Positions 42,309 to 51,794 of a stretch of DNA of 64,000 bases are shown piece by piece (the stretch's first letter is position 1; each line of letters opens with the position of its first letter). The stretch is from Thermoanaerobaculia bacterium (GTDB lineage: Bacteria; Acidobacteriota; Thermoanaerobaculia; Multivoradales; Multivoraceae): contig OY762911.1 of the NCBI GenBank assembly GCA_963666565.1, forward strand, positions 1,728,001-1,792,000. Reading direction: 5' to 3'. A program made the position numbers and the translations under genes. The notes under the pieces were generated by a model. The model saw only the letters and a program-made list of their open reading frames with translations, was not told the origin of the DNA and searched no databases.

Positions 42309-42400
42309 GAATGCGCTTCGTCCGCCGGAGGCGGGCCGCCGCGGCCGAGCGGCACTGTGTCGCCGGGCCGTCGTCGAGCCGGCCGCGGCCGCCGGATCAC
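42305..42400 (-). CDS. 31-aa bridging mini-ORF (VIRRPRPARRRPGDTVPLGRGGPPPADEAHS)
   Basis: GTG overlaps the upstream stop (42400-42397) and TGA overlaps the downstream GTG (42308-42305). Confidence 0.4.
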   Translation of the reverse strand: MIRRPRPARRRPGDTVPLGRGGPPPADEAHS

Positions 42401-43485
42401 GGGTGCAACAGTACCTTGAGCGCTTCGCGCCGCCGGCAGAGATCGACGGCTTCGGCGGCCCGGGCCAGCGGCAGGCGGTGGGTGATCAGCGGCGTCGGAT
42501 CGAGGGCACCCCGGCTCAGCAGATCGAGCACGCGGGCCTGCTCCGCGGGGGTGCCGGAGTAGGCGCCGATGACCTGCCGCTCGGATTTGAACACCGCGTT
42601 GATGTCGAAGCTGACGCGGGCGTCGCCGGGAGCGTGAGCGAAGAGCACGATCCGTCCGCCCGGCCGGGTCGCTTCGAGGGCCAGGTCGAAGGCGGCCTGG
42701 CCGCCGGCGGTGTCGAACACGGCGTCGGCGCCTCCCCGCGGTCGACCGCGCGTCGCCACGGCGGCGAGGCGATCGGGCGGGACGGCCTCGTCGGCGCCGA
42801 GATCCAACGCGGTCGCTCGCCGGCCGGGGTCCGGCTCGGCGACGAGGATCCGGGCGCCGGGAAACTCGGCCCGCAGCACCAGCAGGTGGAGCAGGCCCAT
42901 CGACCCGGCGCCGACCACCGCGACCTCGGGCGCCGCGCCCGCGAGTCCGGCCCGGTCGGCCCGGAGCGGGTCGGAAGACCCGCGCACCCAGTGGGCCTCG
43001 CGCGCCGCGTCGGCGAGCCCGGCCCGGTCGATCCCTCGCAGTACGCACGCCGCGGGCTCGACGAACGCTGCCGCCTCGTCGGCCAGTTCCGCCGGGATCT
43101 TCCGCACCGTGCGTTCGACCGCCCGCGCCCGCAGGCGGATCCGTTCGCTGAAGCCGCCTGGATCCAGCAGGTTCTCGCCGAAGCGGGGGCACATCGTCTC
43201 GGCGCCGGCCCGGCACAGCCGGCAGTCGCCGCAGGGGGCGTGGTGCGGCGCCACGACCCGGTCGCCGGGCCTTAGACGGGCGGCGCGGCTCTCGATCACC
43301 CTGCCGACGACCTCGTGCCCCAGCACCTCGCCGGTCGCCCGCCCGGCGTCGGCCAGCTTGAAGAGGTCCGTTCCGCACAGGCCGCAACAGACCAGTTCGA
43401 TCAAGGCCTCGCCGGCGTCGATCGCCGGCGCCGGCGCCTCGGCCAATTCCAGGTTGCCGTCGGTGGTGGTGCGCGCGACCTTCAT
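42397..43485 (-). CDS. zinc-dependent medium-chain dehydrogenase carrying an in-frame REP insertion
   Basis: LCGTD, GHE, CGDCRLC..C, EPAAC, GAGSMG. Confidence 0.9.
   Translation of the reverse strand: MKVARTTTDGNLELAEAPAPAIDAGEALIELVCCGLCGTDLFKLADAGRATGEVLGHEVVGRVIESRAARLRPGDRVVAPHHAPCGDCRLCRAGAETMCPRFGENLLDPGGFSERIRLRARAVERTVRKIPAELADEAAAFVEPAACVLRGIDRAGLADAAREAHWVRGSSDPLRADRAGLAGAAPEVAVVGAGSMGLLHLLVLRAEFPGARILVAEPDPGRRATALDLGADEAVPPDRLAAVATRGRPRGGADAVFDTAGGQAAFDLALEATRPGGRIVLFAHAPGDARVSFDINAVFKSERQVIGAYSGTPAEQARVLDLLSRGALDPTPLITHRLPLARAAEAVDLCRRREALKVLLHP
42965..42993. repeat. single REP-like unit inside the dehydrogenase gene
   Basis: AGCGGGTCGGAAGACCCGCGCACCCAGTG, translated as HWVRGSSDPL. 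Confidence 0.9.
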
Positions 43486-43605
43486 CCGTCCAGTCGCCGA
43501 CGACTCCGTCGACGACCCGATCACCCTGATCCCCTTCGCAGGGATCATGTCATTCCGGCGGGCGGCCGTTCGAGCGATCCGCGGCTCGCGGCGCCGGCCG
43601 CCGCT

Positions 43606-43634
43606 TTGACTCGGAGGGCGGACTCGTGTACGTT
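43606..43634 (+). promoter_or_regulatory. sigma70-like promoter of the helicase gene
   Basis: TTGACT-N17-TACGTT. Confidence 0.65.
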
Positions 43635-43797
43635 GCGCCTTCCGCCGGGTTCCAGCAGTCCCCTGGTCGCGATGAAGACAGACGGCGCTCGATCGCCGCG
43701 CCAGGGTCGACGCAGCGGTGGACATCGGTCCTCCCCCGCTCTCTCGCCCGCGCCCCATCGCTCATCTCCATCTCCCAGTCAGAGGAGTCGTTCCCTT

Positions 43798-45237
43798 ATG
43801 CCCAGGAAGTCTCACGCAGCCGGCCGGCGCTCGTCCGGTCGACGTTCGTCCGGCCGAAGGCCCGCCGGCCGCGGCCGGTTCGGCCGCACGCCCCAAAGTC
43901 ACGATGCCGTATGCACCGAATGCGACAGCCCGACAACCGTTCCCTTCCGGCCCGCCCCCGGCAGGCCCGTGTACTGCCGCTCCTGTTTCACCGACCGTCG
44001 TGACGGCGCCGCCGGCCCGGCGAAGGCCGCTCCGCCGAAGGCCGCTCCGGCCAGCCGGGCGGCGAACGGCAGCCATCGTCGGGCGGAACGTGCCGGCAGT
44101 CGTGGACGAGACCCGCACTCCGGCGCCGTCTTCGGCGGCATCGAGCTCACGCGCGCGACCAGGGCGGCGATCGGCCGCATGGCCATCTCCGAGCCGACGC
44201 CGATTCAGGAGCAGGCGATCCCCGCTCTGCTGGCGGGGCGGGACCTGGTCGGGAAGGCCCAGACCGGATCCGGAAAGACGCTGGCCTTTGCCGTGCCCAT
44301 CGCTGAAGTCTGCGATCCGTCGATCCGGCGGGTTCAGGCGCTGGTGCTGGCGCCGACCCGGGAGTTGGCGCTCCAGGTGGCCGGCGTCATCTTCCGTCTG
44401 GCTTCGCCGCGGGGCGTGTCCGTGACGCAGGTCGTCGGCGGCCGGCCGATCAGGCGCGAGCAGGCGGCGTTGAGGCGAGGCGTCGATGTCGTCGTCGGCA
44501 CGCCGGGCCGGACGCTGGACCACCTGCGGCAGGGCTCCCTGGATCTGGGCGCCGTGCGCTTCCTCGTCCTGGACGAGGCGGACGAGATGCTGGACCAGGG
44601 CTTCGCCCGCGACGTCGAGGCGATTCTCGGCCGCACGCCCGATTCGCGACAGACGGCCCTGTTCTCGGCCACCATGCCCAACTGGGTGGCGAACACGGCG
44701 AAGAAGTACCTGCGCAACCCGGTGAAGGTCGAGATCGACGCCGGACTCCAGGAGCCGACGGTGGAGCATCTGGTCTATTCGATCCAGCGGGACGACAAGA
44801 TGAAGGCGCTCCGGACGCTGCTGGACGATCGCGGCGGCGACCCGATCCTCGTCTTCGGCCGAACGAAGCACGGGGTCAGGAAGCTGGCGAAGAAGCTCGA
44901 TGCGCTGGGCTATCCGGTGGGAGCGCTGCAGGGCAACCTCAGCCAGGGCGCCCGCGAGCGGGTGATGCGGGGCTTCCGTTCCGGCGCCGCGCCGATTCTG
45001 GTGGCGACGAACGTGGCTGCCCGAGGCCTCGACGTTCAGGGCATCGGTCAGGTCATCAACTACGACCTGCCGGACTCCCAGCGGCTGTTCACGCACCGGG
45101 TCGGACGGACGGGCCGCATGGGGCGTTCCGGGGAGGCCGTGACGTTCATCACGCCGGACGAAGAGCGGAAGTGGCGCGAGATCGAGCGGGGGCTGGGACG
45201 CCGGTTCCGCCGCCGGCCGTGGCGCGCAACGGCGTAG
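43798..45237 (+). CDS. DEAD-box RNA helicase with N-terminal CxxC-x17-CxxC zinc ribbon
   Basis: CTEC..VPFRP..PVYCRSC; AQTGSGKT, PTREL, DEAD, SAT, ARGLD, HRVGRTGR; GAGGAG RBS. Confidence 0.95.
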   Translation: MPRKSHAAGRRSSGRRSSGRRPAGRGRFGRTPQSHDAVCTECDSPTTVPFRPAPGRPVYCRSCFTDRRDGAAGPAKAAPPKAAPASRAANGSHRRAERAGSRGRDPHSGAVFGGIELTRATRAAIGRMAISEPTPIQEQAIPALLAGRDLVGKAQTGSGKTLAFAVPIAEVCDPSIRRVQALVLAPTRELALQVAGVIFRLASPRGVSVTQVVGGRPIRREQAALRRGVDVVVGTPGRTLDHLRQGSLDLGAVRFLVLDEADEMLDQGFARDVEAILGRTPDSRQTALFSATMPNWVANTAKKYLRNPVKVEIDAGLQEPTVEHLVYSIQRDDKMKALRTLLDDRGGDPILVFGRTKHGVRKLAKKLDALGYPVGALQGNLSQGARERVMRGFRSGAAPILVATNVAARGLDVQGIGQVINYDLPDSQRLFTHRVGRTGRMGRSGEAVTFITPDEERKWREIERGLGRRFRRRPWRATA

Positions 45238-45254
45238 AGGCCGGGTCCCGTTTC

Positions 45255-46382
45255 TCAGTCGCCGGCGGGTTCGCTCGGCCGGGGTTGTCGCGAGGGCGCT
45301 TCCCGGATGTGAACGTCGTGCTGAGTGAAGGGAATCTCGATCCCGGCGGCGGCGAAGGCCTTGTGCGTTGCCTTGACCAGTTCGTGGGTCACGATGCCGC
45401 GGAACACCGGCTCCTCTACCCAGCACAACAACTCGTAGTCGATCGAGGACGGGCCAAACGTCCGGAACCGCACGCGGGGCGAAGGCTGCTCGCACACCTT
45501 CTCGTTCTCGGCCGCCACCCGAAGCTGGACGGCTTCGACCTGATCGGCGTCGCTGGCGTAGGCGACGCCGACGCGGACCCGGATCCGGTACTTGACGTGG
45601 GGGCCGCCGCTCTCGTTGTTGATCTTGGCGTTGCCCATCACCGCGTTGGGGATCGTGACCTCGATGTCGTCGCGGGTGAGCAGCCGGGTGCTGCGGATGC
45701 CGATCTCGGTGACCATGCCGCGTTCGCCGGAATCGAGCGTGATGAAGTCGCCGATCTTGTACGGCCCGTCCGCGAAGATGAAGATGCCGGCAAAGAGGTT
45801 GGCCAGGGTGTCGCGGGCGGCGAAACCGATCGCCAGTCCGGCTATGCCGCCGGCCGCCAGCAGGCCGGAGACGTCGTAGCCCCAGATCTTGATCGCCAGG
45901 TAGGCGCCCAGGATGACGATCGCGACCTTGGCCAGGTTCTCGAACAGCGGCTCGGTGTGCTTGGAGACGAGACCGCCCCTCTGCCGTTGACGCGACACCG
46001 CTCGCAGCAGGACGGTCGAGGCGCGCAGCCCGGCCACGGCCCAGAACAGCAGCGCCACGGTCTGTATGGCGTTGCCGACCATCCTCTCCGTTGCGTCGAC
46101 GATGGGCATCCTCGCGATGCCGATGCGGATGCCGATGAGGAACACCGACACGAAGAGAGGCCAGTGCGCCGCCTCGAGCAGCCGGTCGTCGACTTCCGTC
46201 TCGGTGCGGGCGAACGCGCGCGCCACGATTCTCTTGAGGAACAGCCAGACCAGCCAGGCGACGAGCGCGGAGACAAGCGCCACCGCGGCCAGTTGGAGCC
46301 ATGGGCTCTCGGCGTAGAGCGGCAGGACGTCCGCGAGGCGTTCTTCGAGGCCGGTCAGTCTGCTGGCGTTTTCTTCTTCCAT
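45255..46382 (-). CDS. MscS family mechanosensitive channel
   Basis: GLAIGFAARDTLANLFAG, PYKIGD, GMVTEIGIRST, IPN, GIEIPF. Confidence 0.92.
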   Translation of the reverse strand: MEEENASRLTGLEERLADVLPLYAESPWLQLAAVALVSALVAWLVWLFLKRIVARAFARTETEVDDRLLEAAHWPLFVSVFLIGIRIGIARMPIVDATERMVGNAIQTVALLFWAVAGLRASTVLLRAVSRQRQRGGLVSKHTEPLFENLAKVAIVILGAYLAIKIWGYDVSGLLAAGGIAGLAIGFAARDTLANLFAGIFIFADGPYKIGDFITLDSGERGMVTEIGIRSTRLLTRDDIEVTIPNAVMGNAKINNESGGPHVKYRIRVRVGVAYASDADQVEAVQLRVAAENEKVCEQPSPRVRFRTFGPSSIDYELLCWVEEPVFRGIVTHELVKATHKAFAAAGIEIPFTQHDVHIREAPSRQPRPSEPAGD

Positions 46383-46459
46383 GAGCGCGGGGTCGGCGGG
46401 CGGGTTCGTCCCGATTGCTACGATAGCCCACGCCCGCGACGGGCCCGGGGGTGCCGCGA

Positions 46460-46840
46460 ATGAACTGGCTGGTTGTCGGATTGCTGATGTGCGCGGCCTC
46501 CGTGGCCGCGGGCGCCTTCGGCGCCCACGGATTGCGGTCCGCACTCGACGCGGAACACCTGGCGCTGTGGGAGACGGCGGCGCGCTACCTGATGTACGGC
46601 GGAGTCGTGGTGGCTCTCCTGGGACTGGCCGGGCGTGCCTCGAACGCCGACCCGAGGCTCGCCGGCTGGCTGCTGTTCGCAGGGTCCCTGATCTTCTCCG
46701 GGACGGTGGCGGCAATTGCCGTTGGCGGCCCGCGCTGGCTGGGCGCGATCACGCCGGTGGGCGGGACCCTCCTGATCGCCGGCATCCTCGTGTTCACCTG
46801 GAAGATGCTGGAGCGTCCGGGGCCGCCGGCAGGCTTCTAG
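46460..46840 (+). CDS. DUF423/YgdD membrane protein
   Basis: GAFGAHGL, WETA..Y, IFSG, GAITPVGG. Confidence 0.9.
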   Translation: MNWLVVGLLMCAASVAAGAFGAHGLRSALDAEHLALWETAARYLMYGGVVVALLGLAGRASNADPRLAGWLLFAGSLIFSGTVAAIAVGGPRWLGAITPVGGTLLIAGILVFTWKMLERPGPPAGF

Positions 46841-46917
46841 AACCCCCGCCGCGCGCGGTCTATGCTGCGGCCTCCGCTGCGCCGCTGCAGCCCCCGAACT
46901 TTCAGGAGATAGCGAGA

Positions 46918-48546
<1,629 letters not shown>

Positions 48547-48560
48547 ACGGCTGGCGCGGC

Positions 48561-48842
48561 GTGATCGTCGATTGTGCGGACAAGCGCACCAGGGCGTTCT
48601 ACAACGGCCGCCGGATCGCAGCGTTCTCGGGCTTCGCCCGGACGGCCTCGCGAAAGCTCGACCAGCTCGATGCGGCCACGAGCCTGGGCGACTTGGCCAG
48701 GCCGGGCAACCGCCTGAAGGCACTCAAGGGGCGCCGCAAGGGACAGTGGAGTATTCGCATCAACGACCAATGGCGGATCTGCTTCATGTGGCCCGCCGGA
48801 AGCCCCGGCCCCACGGACGTCGAGATCGTGGACTACCATTGA
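48561..48842 (+). CDS. higB: HigB/RelE-family toxin
   Basis: PGNRLKALKG..GQWSIRINDQWRICF..VEIVDYH. Confidence 0.92.
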   Translation: MIVDCADKRTRAFYNGRRIAAFSGFARTASRKLDQLDAATSLGDLARPGNRLKALKGRRKGQWSIRINDQWRICFMWPAGSPGPTDVEIVDYH

Positions 48843-48856
48843 GACGGAGGCACAAG

Positions 48857-49162
48857 ATGCGCGAACCCATTCATCCCGGCGAGACGCTGCGCGAGGATCT
48901 CGACGCGCTCGGCATGAGCGCGGCGGAACTGGCACGGCGGATCGATGTGCCGGTGAGCCGGATCACAGGAATTCTCAACGGTCGACGAGCCGTTACGGGC
49001 GACACGGCTCTTCGGCTCGGACGTTTCTTCGGCACCTCGGGGGAGTTCTGGCTCAACCTGCAGAAGCTCTACGAGCTGCGGCTTGCGGAACGGGAAAGCG
49101 GGTCGGCGATCTCTCGGCTTCCGACCCTGGATGCAGGCGGGGGCTTGCAAGCGGGGGGATGA
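48857..49162 (+). CDS. higA: HigA antitoxin
   Basis: PIHPGETLRE, HTH, DTALRLGRFFG..FWLNLQ. Confidence 0.93.
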   Translation: MREPIHPGETLREDLDALGMSAAELARRIDVPVSRITGILNGRRAVTGDTALRLGRFFGTSGEFWLNLQKLYELRLAERESGSAISRLPTLDAGGGLQAGG

Positions 49163-49271
49163 GCGCCTCCGGTTGACGGGACGTGCCTTGCTCCTTCTCG
49201 ATGGCGGTAGCCGGAACTTTGTTGATCGACTGCACTACCCTCCAACGGCGGACAACAGACCGGAGTTGAAC

Positions 49272-49856
49272 ATGCCCCGAATCCTGACGGTTGCAGCGCT
49301 GTTTGTCGTTGCCCTGGTCGCCGGCCGAACGACGCCGGCAGTCGCCCACGACGGTCCGCACGAAATGGCGGACCACTGCGTAACCTGGAGCGTGACGACG
49401 TTGGTTCAGCCGAGCTACCTGGCTCCCGACAAGGCCGAGGTGGAGGTCGAGGTCACGAACTTCTGCACCTACCCGGTTGCCGCGAGCTTCTGTTTCCGAA
49501 CTCGGGACGGGTTCAACCGGGACGACATCGCTTGCCGGCGCTCCGCCTTGGATTCGAGTTCAGATGGTGGGTTCCTGGCCCCTGGCCAGACGTGGACCGA
49601 ACCGCACTTCCAGCGCCGCCGACCGCCGCGGGTGGACCTGCAACGGGGTACGGCGGTGTACTGGTGGCAATCCGCCTGCCGCGTGTCCGAGGATGACCAC
49701 TGGACCGACCTTGATGCCTTTTGCATCCTGGAAACGAACGAAGGATTTACCCCGGACGGAACCCACAAACCGGCAACGCTCGTTTTTCGGGGTAAGGCCG
49801 ACCACCGTGAACAGATCCCTCCGACAACGACGAAACGAATCCCGCCCCTTCGCTAG
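49272..49856 (+). CDS. hypothetical secreted Cys-containing protein
   Basis: GGAG RBS, signal peptide ending AVA, six Cys, visibly lower GC than flanks. Confidence 0.65.
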   Translation: MPRILTVAALFVVALVAGRTTPAVAHDGPHEMADHCVTWSVTTLVQPSYLAPDKAEVEVEVTNFCTYPVAASFCFRTRDGFNRDDIACRRSALDSSSDGGFLAPGQTWTEPHFQRRRPPRVDLQRGTAVYWWQSACRVSEDDHWTDLDAFCILETNEGFTPDGTHKPATLVFRGKADHREQIPPTTTKRIPPLR

Positions 49857-50141
49857 CCCCACCAGTAGAACAGCCTCGCCACCGGCCCGCGCCCCGCTAG
49901 TTCGGATTCGGTATAAGCCGTCGCCGTGCGGGGATCGGGCCACCGGTCCGTCTGCATGAGTTTCGCCGTTGACCCGGCAGTTCGGAGAACTCAGGAAGCA
50001 GCCAGAGCCGAGCCGAAGGAGCGCAGGGTGCCGCAGGTCCTGGAGCGTTCGGTCCACCGTCGCGGCTTCCGCGACCCGCACCGGAGCGCCGCCAGCTAAC
50101 CGCGGCCAGGAGCTGCCGACTTCATCGGTTCGTGAGCGGAG

Positions 50142-51569
50142 TTACCGCAGCCGGTTCACCGCCGCCATCATCGACTCGACGTCGGTGTACTTCTCGCGGA
50201 CCTTGCTCTGCGCCTCTCCGAGCCGAACCTCGTCCTCGTCGAGCCGGTTCCAGTCGTCGAAGCTCACGAAGTCGACGCCGCGGTCGCGCAGCAGTTCGAC
50301 GATCCTCTCCGGGGCCCTGGCGGGGTCGGCCGGGGCCGTCACGCCGTCGATGTCCTCGATCATCTTCTTGACGGTGGCGGTCGAGTCGGGGCTGTTCGTG
50401 CCGATCAGTCCGGTCGGGCCTCGCTTGGCCCAGCCGACGACGTACTGGCCCGGCACGATCTCGCCGTCCGGCTCGGTCTGCAGGCGGCCTTCGTCGTTGG
50501 GCAGGACGCCCCAGCGCTCGTGGAACGGGACGCCCGGCAGCGGGACGCCGCGATAGCCGACGGCCTTGAACACCAGGTCGACGTCCAGGGTCTCCGTTTC
50601 GCCGGTGCCTCGCGGCCGGGGCGTGCCGTCGTCGGCGGCGTAGAGCTCGTTCTTCTCGATCACGACCCGGCTCACCCGGCCGTCGTCGCCCGCCTGGAGG
50701 TCGATGGGCGAAACGAGGAAGCGGCAGGTGACGAGACGGTCGTCGTCGCCGGCCGTGGCGCCGGCGATCTCGCTCAGATAGGTCACGTTGCGGCGCGCGC
50801 TGGGCGCGGCGCTCTCCTCGAGCCAGGTGCTGCTGATCTCGTCGAGGTCCATCTCCGCTTCGGACACCAGCAGGCTGACACCTTCGAGCGATCCGATCTC
50901 CTTGATTTCCTGGGGTGAGAACGCCGCCTGCGCCGGTCCCCGGCGGCCTAGCAGGACGACCTCCTCGACCCTGCTCTCCCGGAGCACGTCGAGCGATTCG
51001 GCGGTGATGTCGGTGGGAGCGAGCTCGTCCGGGCTGCGCGCGAGCACGCGGGTCACGTCCATCGCCACGTTGCCGTTGCCGACGACGGCGACGCGCCGCG
51101 CCGAGGCCAGGTCGAAGCTGCGATCCTGGAAGTCGGGATGGCCGTTGTACCAGCCGACGAACTCGGTCGCCGAGTGGACGCCGGGAAGTTCCTCGCCCGG
51201 GATCCCCATCTTCCGGTCCGACTCGTTGCCCGTCGCGTAGACGATGTGGTCGTAATGCCTGAGAAGGTCCTCGACCGAGACATCGCGGCCGAGTTCGACG
51301 TTGCCGAAGAAGCGGAAGCGGTCATGCTGTGCGGTGCGGTTGTAGACCCGGATGACGTTCTTGATCTTCTGATGATCGGGCGCGACACCTCCGCGTACCA
51401 AGCCGAAGGGCGTGGGCAGGCGATCGAACAGATCGACATCGGCCTCGAGACCGTCCGCCTTGAACAGCGCGGCTATCGCGTAGAAGCCGCTGGGACCGGA
51501 GCCGATCACGGCAACCCGCAGCGGTCGTTCACTGCTGCCGAGAGGCCAGCTTCCTGAGGTCTCGTGCAC
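50142..51569 (-). CDS. ferredoxin--NADP+ reductase (adrenodoxin reductase/FprA-like)
   Basis: IGSGPSGFY, PFGLVRGGVAPDH, FVGWYNGHP, GNGNVAMD, GRRG, GWAKRGPTG. Confidence 0.93.
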   Translation of the reverse strand: MHETSGSWPLGSSERPLRVAVIGSGPSGFYAIAALFKADGLEADVDLFDRLPTPFGLVRGGVAPDHQKIKNVIRVYNRTAQHDRFRFFGNVELGRDVSVEDLLRHYDHIVYATGNESDRKMGIPGEELPGVHSATEFVGWYNGHPDFQDRSFDLASARRVAVVGNGNVAMDVTRVLARSPDELAPTDITAESLDVLRESRVEEVVLLGRRGPAQAAFSPQEIKEIGSLEGVSLLVSEAEMDLDEISSTWLEESAAPSARRNVTYLSEIAGATAGDDDRLVTCRFLVSPIDLQAGDDGRVSRVVIEKNELYAADDGTPRPRGTGETETLDVDLVFKAVGYRGVPLPGVPFHERWGVLPNDEGRLQTEPDGEIVPGQYVVGWAKRGPTGLIGTNSPDSTATVKKMIEDIDGVTAPADPARAPERIVELLRDRGVDFVSFDDWNRLDEDEVRLGEAQSKVREKYTDVESMMAAVNRLR

Positions 51570-51794
51570 TTGTTCCTCGCCTCCGCGCCCGGCAGACGCG
51601 GTCTTCGTTCCGGTGTCGGGTAAGGTCGATCAGTCGGGAATCATAGCGTCGCGCCAGCCGGCGCCGCTCCGGCGCATGGCAAGGCTGGCCGGCGGCATTT
51701 GTCAACGCGGCTAAGTGTTGACATGATTAGACATACGCCGCTCCGGCCCGCTCGGTCAGGCGGACCGCGGTGGGAAACTCTGGGGGAGAATGCC

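Noticed and set aside
49857-50141. Possible SRP RNA or other ncRNA (TCAGGAAGCAGCC)
   Set aside because: Lacks the CAGG-stem-GRAA-stem-AGCAG helix-8 geometry; no convincing fold by eye, an Rfam search would settle it
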